Below, one piece after another: positions 8,358 to 16,232 of a DNA stretch of 35,772 nucleotides; positions within the stretch are counted from its first letter, which is position 1; each line of letters starts with the position of its first letter. Origin of the DNA: a phage; the NCBI GenBank assembly GCA_019566835.1, contig GCA_019566835.1_3045.2; one strand, 5' to 3'. Made by a program: the position numbers and the translations under genes. The notes beneath the pieces were generated by a model. It saw only the letters and a list, made by a program, of their open reading frames with translations. It ran no database searches and was not told the origin of the DNA.

Positions 8358-9682
8358 TTGATTTCCTCTAAATCTTTAGTGTATTCGGTAACTACATCAG
8401 TAGTTTTCCAATATTCGTTTTCTTCTTTCTTAGCTTTAGCTTCTTCAGCAAGTTTCTTTGCTTCGTCGGAAGTCATATGAAAAATATTCATTCCGACTAG
8501 TTTATCAACATAAGAAGAATACATCTCAATTTTAGAAAGTTCTTCGGTCAGTTCTTTACGAGTTTTACCCTGCACATCAATTTCACCTGAAATTACTTTC
8601 TTAATAAAATGTGCCTTGGCAAAGGCTAAACGAAATGCTGATTCAGTTTCTTTGATTTTGTTATCAATTCGTTTTTGGACATAAGTTTTACGAACTTCAA
8701 CAAAGTCTTTAATTAAATCAACTACGTTATCGTAAACTTGCAGCTTTCCTTTCTCATTAATAACCGTAATATTCTGAGAACGACGCTCAATCAACCCGAA
8801 GTCTTTCATAATTTTTGCATGGCGTTCTTCTTCATTATCGCTCAAAGAATATTCTTTACGGAATTTAACTTTAAAGCCAAAACCATGCTCACCACAAGCA
8901 TCATCCCATGTAATGAAGCCTTTATCTTCAAGTGGGTCTAAGATTTTACTCACATAAGTTTCACGATCATACTTATACGGAATCTCAGTGATATGCATTT
9001 GAGTTCGTGAAGTAAACTTATATGTTCCACGAATTTCATATTGCCCATCAATTTCAACGACTTCACCACGAAATTCTGGGAATTCTACCTTCGGTTTAGT
9101 TACTTTCTTTCCTTGAAGAGCTTGTAGTACAGCTTTCTTGACAGAAGAAACACTATGAGGAAGAATGTAAGTTGCATAACCAGTTGCAATACCGGAAACA
9201 CCATTAAGAAGAACAGTAGGAATAATAGGCAAATAGAAAGCAGGCGGAATGTGTTCTTTATCTTGATGTACCGGAGCATATTCAGTATCTTTATATACGT
9301 TATAGAAATTTTTACTTACGCGAGCAAAAATATAACGACTTGCTGCTGCTTTTTGAACGGTACGAGAACCAAAGTTTCCTTGACCGTCTAACAGAGGAAA
9401 GTTATTATTCCAAGTGTTAGCCATCAAAGCCCCCGCATCTTGTGCAGAGTTTTCACCATGATGATATCCAAGGTCAGCTACACCACCTGCAATAGAAGCT
9501 AGTTTGTGAAACTTATCTTTATTTCCCCGTGCCAAATCAAGAGCTCGAGCAATAACAAATCGTTGAACTGGCTTAAATCCATCAATCATATTTGGAATAG
9601 CACGATTTTCAACCGTGTACATAGCATAAGCCAATGCTTCATTATCAATGATACTTTTTAAATCGCGATTATTCAGTTGCAT
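8354..9682 (-). CDS. 52: DNA topoisomerase II medium subunit (GyrA-like) gp52
   Basis: 442-aa ORF, MQLNNRDLKSIIDNEALAYAMYTVENRAIPNMIDGFKPVQRFV... (GyrA N-terminal breakage-reunion motif); T4 gene 52 position and size. Confidence 0.93.
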   Translation of the reverse strand: MQLNNRDLKSIIDNEALAYAMYTVENRAIPNMIDGFKPVQRFVIARALDLARGNKDKFHKLASIAGGVADLGYHHGENSAQDAGALMANTWNNNFPLLDGQGNFGSRTVQKAAASRYIFARVSKNFYNVYKDTEYAPVHQDKEHIPPAFYLPIIPTVLLNGVSGIATGYATYILPHSVSSVKKAVLQALQGKKVTKPKVEFPEFRGEVVEIDGQYEIRGTYKFTSRTQMHITEIPYKYDRETYVSKILDPLEDKGFITWDDACGEHGFGFKVKFRKEYSLSDNEEERHAKIMKDFGLIERRSQNITVINEKGKLQVYDNVVDLIKDFVEVRKTYVQKRIDNKIKETESAFRLAFAKAHFIKKVISGEIDVQGKTRKELTEELSKIEMYSSYVDKLVGMNIFHMTSDEAKKLAEEAKAKKEENEYWKTTDVVTEYTKDLEEIK

Positions 9683-9686
9683 AAAT

Positions 9687-9827
9687 TTACCATACTAGTG
9701 AATGTAGTGCCATAATAACATCAGAAATGAAAAGCACGACTTGAATTAATCCAAACATTACTCCATAATATAGTGCTATTAATAAAATAGCAAGGGCTAA
9801 TGAATAGCCCAAGATTTTCTTAATCAT
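9687..9827 (-). CDS. Small hydrophobic peptide (46 aa)
   Basis: MIKKILGYSLALAILLIALYYGVMFGLIQVVLFISDVIMALHSLVW, read from the sequence; its start overlaps the stop of the ORF upstream. Confidence 0.35.
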   Translation of the reverse strand: MIKKILGYSLALAILLIALYYGVMFGLIQVVLFISDVIMALHSLVW

Positions 9828-9978
9828 TAGTAGATAACAACACAAATGTTAAATATGCACACATACCCTGAGCTAAAGCTTGCGAAAACACACTGCTGGC
9901 ATCAATACAGATAGTTAAAACACATGCTACTATCCAACAAATAAATGAAATAACTCCTAATAATTTTGCAATATTCAT
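9820..9978 (-). CDS. Small hydrophobic peptide (52 aa), paralog of the 51-aa peptide
   Basis: Start taken at MNIAKLL with SD GAGGAG. Shares the motif SSVFSQALAQG with the neighbouring peptide (SVFLQASAQG). Confidence 0.45.
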   Translation of the reverse strand: MNIAKLLGVISFICWIVACVLTICIDASSVFSQALAQGMCAYLTFVLLSTND

Positions 9979-9988
9979 AATATTCTCC

Positions 9989-10144
9989 TCAACTATTTTT
10001 AGAACCAATGTACGCGAATAATGATAAAATCGCTAATACGCCCTGAGCTGATGCTTGCAAAAATACTGAAGTTTCTCCAGTTATTACTGTTCCGATGCAT
10101 AAAAAGAACCAACAGAAAAAGGCTATACCGTGAACAAATTTCAT
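9989..10144 (-). CDS. Small membrane peptide (51 aa), possibly Ac
   Basis: MKFVHGIAFFCWFFLCIGTVITGETSVFLQASAQGVLAILSLFAYIGSKNS with SD GAGGAAAAT; lies between stp and gene 52 where T4 carries ac. Confidence 0.45.
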   Translation of the reverse strand: MKFVHGIAFFCWFFLCIGTVITGETSVFLQASAQGVLAILSLFAYIGSKNS

Positions 10145-10151
10145 ATTTTCC

Positions 10152-10232
10152 TCACTGGCGTCCGAAGACGCCTTTGGTTTTAAGATTGTTACGATAGAAC
10201 TGCATCACGTGTTCGTTGTGGAAATTACTCAT
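10152..10232 (-). CDS. stp: Stp peptide (suppressor of pseT; 26 aa)
   Basis: Translation [26 protein letters not shown] matches the T4 Stp peptide as I recall it. The start overlaps the ndd stop (TAATG). Confidence 0.9.
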
Positions 10233-10690
10233 TAATATGCCTGCAAAACGAATTTAAAGTTATCAGCCAACATACGGTTCATTTCTTCAAGTGTTTGATA
10301 CTCAGAATGATGATTACGAGTAAACGCCAAAGCTAACTGACCTTTACCAAATCCTGTCGTCAGAGGTTTCATCTTAGAAGCAGGCAGATAAAATACTGTG
10401 TATGGAACATTGTTATTTGCAATAGTACGTGCAAGCTGAGACCGACGTTGACGAATATGACTTAGAACTGCACTGAATCCTTGCTTAGAACGCTGATTAC
10501 CTACATAAAATCGTGCAGACACGCATGGATTACTAAATGGACGACCATCTAATTTACTTACTAAAAAGTAAAATCCAGGTTTAGATAAAATATCTTTATG
10601 CGGAGTTCCCAAAAACCATTCACCACCCTTGATTGTACCAATAACAGTAGCACCTGCGTTGTTCAGATCAGTAACAGTCATATATTTCAT
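10232..10690 (-). CDS. ndd: Nucleoid disruption protein Ndd
   Basis: Start taken at [33 protein letters not shown] (SD GAGGAA), giving 152 aa; T4 Ndd sequence and position. Confidence 0.85.
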
Positions 10691-10750
10691 ATTAATTTCC
10701 TCTAAATTATTTTCTACTCCAAGGCCGCATGAATACACACGGCCGATAAA

Positions 10751-10966
10751 TTAATCGTCGCAGTCGACGCTCAATTCCCAAAACTCTTCTACAGTATAAG
10801 TTTCAGTATCATTTTCAATACAGAAACGTTCATTACTGTTATTTGCTAAAGTAGCATTAACTGTCGGTTTCTCGCTAGTGCTCTTAAGAGGTGAAATACG
10901 AATTAACTGATCACCGTTATCTAAACAGAAAATTTCACCAACTTTTACATCTTTAAAACTTTTCAT
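10751..10966 (-). CDS. Hypothetical protein (ndd.x-position ORF)
   Basis: 71-aa acidic ORF with SD GAGGTG. Confidence 0.6.
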   Translation of the reverse strand: MKSFKDVKVGEIFCLDNGDQLIRISPLKSTSEKPTVNATLANNSNERFCIENDTETYTVEEFWELSVDCDD

Positions 10967-10974
10967 AATTCACC

Positions 10975-11082
10975 TCAAGGAGTATAAAATCCAAATGCAG
11001 TTGTTGACCATCCCATCCAATACGGAAAATTTGCACCAATGTAAAACATAAGAATATAAAACCAAATGTTTAGTAAATTCAT
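10975..11082 (-). CDS. Tiny hydrophobic peptide (35 aa)
   Basis: MNLLNIWFYILMFYIGANFPYWMGWSTTAFGFYTP. ATG overlaps the stop of the 65-aa ORF (TGATG). Confidence 0.35.
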   Translation of the reverse strand: MNLLNIWFYILMFYIGANFPYWMGWSTTAFGFYTP

Positions 11083-11279
11083 CATTTTACACCATTCCAA
11101 ATTGTTTCAACTACGGATTTTAAACCATTTTGATGAATATCCATTCCGACTACCGCCATCAAATAGATTCCAACTACAACTGAACCTAAGGCAAAAATCA
11201 GCATGAAAATGAATAAAGCCGGAAAAATATTATCGAAAAACCATTCAATAAATGTAAAAGCATTGCGTTTACGCTTCAT
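11082..11279 (-). CDS. Small membrane protein (65 aa)
   Basis: Start taken at MKRKRNAF with SD GAGGAAAAT; one predicted transmembrane helix. Confidence 0.55.
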   Translation of the reverse strand: MKRKRNAFTFIEWFFDNIFPALFIFMLIFALGSVVVGIYLMAVVGMDIHQNGLKSVVETIWNGVK

Positions 11280-11286
11280 ATTTTCC

Positions 11287-11400
11287 TCACATAAATCCAA
11301 AGTAAACGTTTAATACATCAATCATTAAAACGATTGGGAATATACTCAAAACTATTAGTATTATAACTACATTCCATATAGCTTTAATAATCTTTTTCAT
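11287..11400 (-). CDS. Tiny membrane peptide (37 aa)
   Basis: MKKIIKAIWNVVIILIVLSIFPIVLMIDVLNVYFGFM with SD GGAGGAA; sits directly downstream of an early promoter. Confidence 0.5.
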   Translation of the reverse strand: MKKIIKAIWNVVIILIVLSIFPIVLMIDVLNVYFGFM

Positions 11401-11428
11401 TTTCTGTTCCTCCGTAGTTGATAGGGTA

Positions 11429-11458
11429 ATAGTACCACGGAAGAACAGTCTTGTAAAC
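11429..11458 (-). promoter_or_regulatory. T4-type early promoter
   Basis: Minus strand reads GTTTAC, 18 nt, GTGG-TACTAT. Confidence 0.6.
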
Positions 11459-11465
11459 AACTTTT

Positions 11466-11564
11466 TTAAAAATATTCGTAATAAATGTGAATACCAACTA
11501 CTACCGCTGAAACCTGTGCAACCCACCATGCACAAGCAATAAGTACAGAATTTAAAATTTTCAT
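11466..11564 (-). CDS. Tiny hydrophobic peptide (32 aa), candidate
   Basis: MKILNSVLIACAWWVAQVSAVVVGIHIYYEYF with SD GAGGT; overlaps the promoter UP region. Confidence 0.25.
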   Translation of the reverse strand: MKILNSVLIACAWWVAQVSAVVVGIHIYYEYF

Positions 11565-11647
11565 AATAACCTCATTACAAAAGTAAATGTTAAACAAATT
11601 ACTGGAATACTAATTAACCAAACAAAACACCACCATAGTGAACTCAT
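11561..11647 (-). CDS. Tiny hydrophobic peptide (28 aa), candidate
   Basis: MSSLWWCFVWLISIPVICLTFTFVMRLL; ATGA overlaps at both ends. Confidence 0.25.
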   Translation of the reverse strand: MSSLWWCFVWLISIPVICLTFTFVMRLL

Positions 11648-11907
11648 AGCTCAATCTCAGCGATTTTCATTTCATTACTATTAATAGCCGCTTTAAGACT
11701 ATCTGAAAGAATTACATTCCAGTGGTCATTCATATGACCATTAACTAAGCGTGTAATTTCTTCAGGAGTTGAAAAATAAGGCTGATCAGACTCCCAATGC
11801 GATAATCCTAAGCGAGTATAAATCATGCCTTCATCATCGCTAGAATATTCAACTGACACAAACTCATCAGTTATTTTATGTTTAGCGTAATAAAATTTAA
11901 ATTTCAT
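11644..11907 (-). CDS. Hypothetical protein (87 aa)
   Basis: Start taken at MKFKFYYAKHK with SD GGAGAA, directly downstream of an early promoter. Confidence 0.6.
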   Translation of the reverse strand: MKFKFYYAKHKITDEFVSVEYSSDDEGMIYTRLGLSHWESDQPYFSTPEEITRLVNGHMNDHWNVILSDSLKAAINSNEMKIAEIEL

Positions 11908-11941
11908 TTTATTCTCCAAATCCGTATCAGTTGATAGTTGT

Positions 11942-11971
11942 ATAGTACCACGGTCCTTGTGGCATGTAAAC
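11942..11971 (-). promoter_or_regulatory. T4-type early promoter
   Basis: Minus strand reads GTTTAC, 18 nt, GTGG-TACTAT; overlaps the 3' end of denB. Confidence 0.6.
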
Positions 11972-11987
11972 CATTTTATGAAATTTT

Positions 11988-12545
11988 TTAAATGGAAAGA
12001 TACCATCCGTTGTAGTTGCTTTTTCTTACAACCTTACGAAGGTCTTCTCTATCACCGATGAACTTCGGAGTGTACTGGATGACACCTGGATGAATTTCTT
12101 TAGTGTTGAATATAATTATACAGTCAGCGACTTGATGATTTAGAATGGGCCCTAGATTTATTCCAGAACCGTATGGATACTCTCCGCTGTATCCTGTCGT
12201 TACTGAAATCCATCGAGAGTCAGTTTGGTGTGTTTTAACTTCTACCCGAAGCCCGCAGTATTTTGGATGTGCTAAAACATCCCATGCATATGTATACGGA
12301 TCATCGACGTCTTCTTGACCTTTATTAACATACCCACTTAACCAATCTGCTACAACATACTCAGCATACACTGCGATACGGCATCTTTCGATAACTTCTG
12401 CTTTATCCTGGTTCGGGTTTTGTTTTAAAGAGTATCTTGCTGTATCAGCAATTTTGACCTTCATTTCACTAGTCAAGTCACTGTTCGATAGGGTAAATGT
12501 CGGAATCTGAAATAGTCTCTGTAAACCCGGATTCGTTTTCTGCAT
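11988..12545 (-). CDS. denB: Endonuclease IV DenB
   Basis: 185-aa ORF in the T4 denB position between ndd and rIIB, same length; SD AAGGAAAG. Confidence 0.75.
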   Translation of the reverse strand: MQKTNPGLQRLFQIPTFTLSNSDLTSEMKVKIADTARYSLKQNPNQDKAEVIERCRIAVYAEYVVADWLSGYVNKGQEDVDDPYTYAWDVLAHPKYCGLRVEVKTHQTDSRWISVTTGYSGEYPYGSGINLGPILNHQVADCIIIFNTKEIHPGVIQYTPKFIGDREDLRKVVRKSNYNGWYLSI

Positions 12546-12587
12546 TTAAACTTTCCTTTATGTCGGAATCATAATTTCTCTTAAAAC

Positions 12588-12607
12588 AAAAGGGCCGAAG
12601 CCCTTAT
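12588..12607 (-). terminator. C(UUCG)G tetraloop hairpin, weak terminator or mRNA stabiliser
   Basis: Minus strand reads AAGGGC-UUCG-GCCCUU followed by UUGUUUUAAG. Confidence 0.45.
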
Positions 12608-12608
12608 T

Positions 12609-12803
12609 TTATTTGAATTGTGCGATTCTTTTCTCTAGACACTCAGCATAAGATTTCATTGAGATGAATTGTGAAAGCAGCAGTTCTTGCTCAACTGCAC
12701 TAACTGTTAGAAACTTTGCGCTTTCTAAAAATTTGCTCAGTGCATTAATTTTGAGCATTAATTGATCGTATTCTTCTTTTACTCGTGCTTGATAACCTAA
12801 CAT
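12609..12803 (-). CDS. Hypothetical protein (64 aa; denB.1 position)
   Basis: Coiled-coil-like ORF with SD AAGGAAAATT. Confidence 0.6.
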   Translation of the reverse strand: MLGYQARVKEEYDQLMLKINALSKFLESAKFLTVSAVEQELLLSQFISMKSYAECLEKRIAQFK

Positions 12804-12821
12804 AATTTTCCTTAATATGAT

Positions 12822-12837
12822 AAGGGCCGAAGCCCTT
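12822..12837 (-). promoter_or_regulatory. C(UUCG)G tetraloop hairpin at the rIIB stop
   Basis: AAGGGC-UUCG-GCCCUU overlaps the rIIB stop codon. Confidence 0.4.
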
Positions 12838-13774
12838 ATTTAAATTGTTCAGTAACGTCTTCAACCACTTCGTATTGGCAGGTACGCATTTTAGCATCAT
12901 TGTAATCAATCGGAATTGATACTACATCACGTGGATGTACTTTAACTTTTACAACTCGACTGGTTGAACTGCCAAAGTGACGAATATAAGATTTAGAACA
13001 TACATGCAGACCACGAGAACAAGTTTGTGTATCATCGTCATTCACACGAGTACGCGGCATTTTAACTACTTTACCAGGACTGTTATCAAAGGTGTTTGAG
13101 TGACAGTCAAAGTAGTTGTCACGAACTACTTTCCAAGCATAGAAGTAACCATCTTCGGTGATTTCAATATCGTTTGCTACCAAGAAATCAAAGAGTCGAG
13201 ATACCGCTTTTTGGCTTGGGTTTTCCAGCAGATTTTCCAAGAACGGAAAATAAAATTCAAAATTTTCGCCTTTTTCCATCGAGTCAAGAATACGATCAAC
13301 CAGACCAGACCGTAATTCGATATTTTGATAGAACAAGCTTCCGCCTTCAATTCGAACATCACCGGAAATATATTTTTCAACAGCGCGACGAACATTAATT
13401 TTTTGTGCAGCTTCTTCCAGCTTATCCGCTACAAGCAGATTAAGAATTTCCTGGAAGTTTGAATGAGTATTAGGAGTTGCGTTATAAGTTACACCGTCAA
13501 CAGTAATTGAAATGAATTTTTTAGATGCATTCCAAATAATGTCAGATTTAGCAACTGGAGCAATAACTTCATCGCTATTAACTTTAACTGTAATATCACC
13601 GCTAATAGTAACTTTAGGGCGTTTAGCTTCTTCAGCATTTTTCAAAACACGACGAATTGTGTCAACCGATACACCTTGCCAATCAGCCAATTCCTGTTGG
13701 GTGTAATTACCACTTGAATACAGTTTAACAATTTCAGCTTGTTCGTTTTTGGTCAGGCATTTAATATTGTACAT
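12836..13774 (-). CDS. rIIB: rIIB protein
   Basis: 312-aa ORF, MYNIKCLTKNEQAEIVKLYSSGNYTQQELADWQGVSVDTIRRVL...; T4 rIIB length and position. Confidence 0.9.
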   Translation of the reverse strand: MYNIKCLTKNEQAEIVKLYSSGNYTQQELADWQGVSVDTIRRVLKNAEEAKRPKVTISGDITVKVNSDEVIAPVAKSDIIWNASKKFISITVDGVTYNATPNTHSNFQEILNLLVADKLEEAAQKINVRRAVEKYISGDVRIEGGSLFYQNIELRSGLVDRILDSMEKGENFEFYFPFLENLLENPSQKAVSRLFDFLVANDIEITEDGYFYAWKVVRDNYFDCHSNTFDNSPGKVVKMPRTRVNDDDTQTCSRGLHVCSKSYIRHFGSSTSRVVKVKVHPRDVVSIPIDYNDAKMRTCQYEVVEDVTEQFK

Positions 13775-13785
13775 AATTTTCCTTA

Positions 13786-15963
13786 TTAGGCCGCAAGGGC
13801 CTTCATAGTTTTAGCGATTTGAGAAACTTCATCATCACTTAAAGAGTTGCGATATCCGATGAAGTCGGAAACAATACGGAATTTCTTGGTAAACTCAGCA
13901 ACCATTTTATCACTGTTTTTTGAAGCATTATTTGATAATACATCAAAAAGATTAGTTACTGTCCAGATGTCATGACCGATGGTATCTTTTCCACCATTAA
14001 AATATACACCGCGCAATGAACTAACTATATTAGCGAGTCGTGTATATTCTTCAGAAACTTCATCTGTACTGAAGTACTTCATCATAAAATCTAGTTCAGG
14101 ATACTTGATAATTTTATCAATATATCGTTGAGCTGAACTTGAATAACCTACATACTTATCATAATCTACATCATCAAAAGCATCTACATATAAATCACGC
14201 AAAGCTTCAAAAATACATTGGCACTGACCGAGTTCTTTTACCTTTTTCTGTAAAAGCGGACGAATAACATAAAATTCATTAATGCCAATAAGATTAGCCA
14301 TACGAATCAAAATATTCATAGATGGATGACAAAGTGATGTAGTACCATCCATAGAGAAAATATCAGAACGATGCATATACGCTACATAACCAGTAATTTC
14401 ATCTGCTTCTGACGTAAGTGTAAATAATTCCTCTTTTTCCCAACGCCCATCTTTAATTTCAAACTTAAATGCTGTAGCAGCTTTAGGACGAGGAGCTTTA
14501 CTTTTAACTACCTTTGGAATATAGCTTTTAACTAAAGCTTCAATTTCTGACAAATAATGAATGTTAACTTCATCACTTTCAAACATTGCCATAATATCAG
14601 GTAGTAAATCAATCTGCGATTCTACTTCTGGATTAATAAACAGAAGACGCTCATTATGATGAATATTTAAGGTGTTATTAAATTCGCTATCATCTAATGC
14701 ACGTGCTAATCCACGGACAATATTAACGCGATTTTTAATATTATCAATAACAATATTAATTTTTGTCGTATTAATACCAAACAGACGATAGCTTGATGCA
14801 ACGGCTGAAGTTTCATGACTTTGCTTAATGCGTTTCAGTCGAGGGTCAAGATTTACTTCATACACAACTCCTGCATTGCATAACTTACTGTCAGGTTCAA
14901 ACATGCTCTGCATCTTTTTATATGACAGATTTTTAGTCGTGAATTTGACCGAATTACTAATCATATAATCTCGAGCAGAATACCCCATCTTCATTAATTC
15001 GCGATATGTATGACGAGGAGATGTAGATTCTTTAAATCGTTTTACATCTTCATTAAATGCTTTCTCACTGAGTTCTTTAACTCGTTCAATAATATTTTTA
15101 CGAGTGCGATCATCTAGTGAAAGAGCCTCGCGAGATGGAGCAATATCAAGTGAACCCATTGGAAACTTAATGTAATTCACTTCATTGCGAATGCTTAGCC
15201 AGTTACGCTCTCTAATAACACCATCGATAGGATAAACAATACCACCATAGATAGCATATAATCCACCACGATCAGGCCAGTATCTTTCTGGATTTACACC
15301 GTAATAGTCATCAAAATCCGGAAAATAATCAATTTCGCGGTCAAGACCATTAATGATAGCCAAATCTTTGAACGGTCGCATGATATAAGAAACTTCATAA
15401 GCAAAGTTTCTAAAGTCTTTTTCTTCAACTGGAACTACGATTTCAATACCAGTTTTATCATCTGGACCCATTTCTTTCACGAATGTAGGTTTAATTTGTG
15501 GACCATCGCCATCCATGTAAGCTACATAACCACGAATTTCACCTTTATGATACGAAGTAATACTAAATGTATCAGTATAACTAAACGGAGATTTAGAACC
15601 TAAACCAAATCCGCCAATGAAATCGTTAGATTCAGCCTTAGATGAACTGAAGTATGAATTATACAAACCAGGAGAATTATCATCACCCTGAATATCAAAA
15701 TCACTCATACCCGGACCAAAATCTCGGCAAACAAATCGTGGATCTAAACGTCCAGGAACTTGAATGATAAATTTTTCAGGATTTCCATTGAGAGCATGGG
15801 CATCAATCATGTTGGTAATCAATTCACGGACTACTGCGCGAATCTTGTTTGTATACAAATCAGACGACAGAATTTTAAATACTTTAGGAGATGCTGTGAT
15901 GCTAAATGCTTTCGATTTAGAACCATTACCAAGAATTGTTTCTTTTTCAGTGGTGATAATCAT
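13786..15963 (-). CDS. rIIA: rIIA protein
   Basis: 725-aa ORF adjacent to rIIB; T4 rIIA length and position. Confidence 0.9.
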   Translation of the reverse strand: MIITTEKETILGNGSKSKAFSITASPKVFKILSSDLYTNKIRAVVRELITNMIDAHALNGNPEKFIIQVPGRLDPRFVCRDFGPGMSDFDIQGDDNSPGLYNSYFSSSKAESNDFIGGFGLGSKSPFSYTDTFSITSYHKGEIRGYVAYMDGDGPQIKPTFVKEMGPDDKTGIEIVVPVEEKDFRNFAYEVSYIMRPFKDLAIINGLDREIDYFPDFDDYYGVNPERYWPDRGGLYAIYGGIVYPIDGVIRERNWLSIRNEVNYIKFPMGSLDIAPSREALSLDDRTRKNIIERVKELSEKAFNEDVKRFKESTSPRHTYRELMKMGYSARDYMISNSVKFTTKNLSYKKMQSMFEPDSKLCNAGVVYEVNLDPRLKRIKQSHETSAVASSYRLFGINTTKINIVIDNIKNRVNIVRGLARALDDSEFNNTLNIHHNERLLFINPEVESQIDLLPDIMAMFESDEVNIHYLSEIEALVKSYIPKVVKSKAPRPKAATAFKFEIKDGRWEKEELFTLTSEADEITGYVAYMHRSDIFSMDGTTSLCHPSMNILIRMANLIGINEFYVIRPLLQKKVKELGQCQCIFEALRDLYVDAFDDVDYDKYVGYSSSAQRYIDKIIKYPELDFMMKYFSTDEVSEEYTRLANIVSSLRGVYFNGGKDTIGHDIWTVTNLFDVLSNNASKNSDKMVAEFTKKFRIVSDFIGYRNSLSDDEVSQIAKTMKALAA

Positions 15964-15973
15964 AATTTCCTCA

Positions 15974-16177
15974 TTAATTCATATTACGCTTAATAACTTC
16001 AGCAACTTCTAGTAGTTCATCTTTAGTTGCGGTGTCGGATTGAATTTTATCTCTAATATCTTTAAAGCGGTTTTTAAATTCTTCGGCTTCTCCCATATCG
16101 AAAAAGCGTTGAATGATTCTATATTCTCGATGAACTGCTTTATCAAAAAGTTCTAAATTTACTTTATATGATTTCAT
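15974..16177 (-). CDS. Hypothetical protein (rIIA.1 position)
   Basis: 67-aa ORF with SD GAGGAT, directly downstream of an early promoter. Confidence 0.65.
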   Translation of the reverse strand: MKSYKVNLELFDKAVHREYRIIQRFFDMGEAEEFKNRFKDIRDKIQSDTATKDELLEVAEVIKRNMN

Positions 16178-16202
16178 TTCAATATCCTCATTTACCCAAT
16201 TA

Positions 16203-16232
16203 ATTATACCACATCCTTGTGGTAAAGTAAAC
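16203..16232 (-). promoter_or_regulatory. T4-type early promoter for the rIIA.1-rIIA-rIIB unit
   Basis: Minus strand reads GTTTAC, 18 nt, GTGG-TATAAT; the -35 element overlaps the gene 39 stop codon. Confidence 0.65.

Noticed and set aside
10157-10172. GGCGTC-TTCG-GACGCC hairpin, first read as an intergenic terminator
   Set aside because: It lies inside the stp coding sequence (codons GVFGRQ), so it is reported as a coding-embedded structure rather than a separate terminator.
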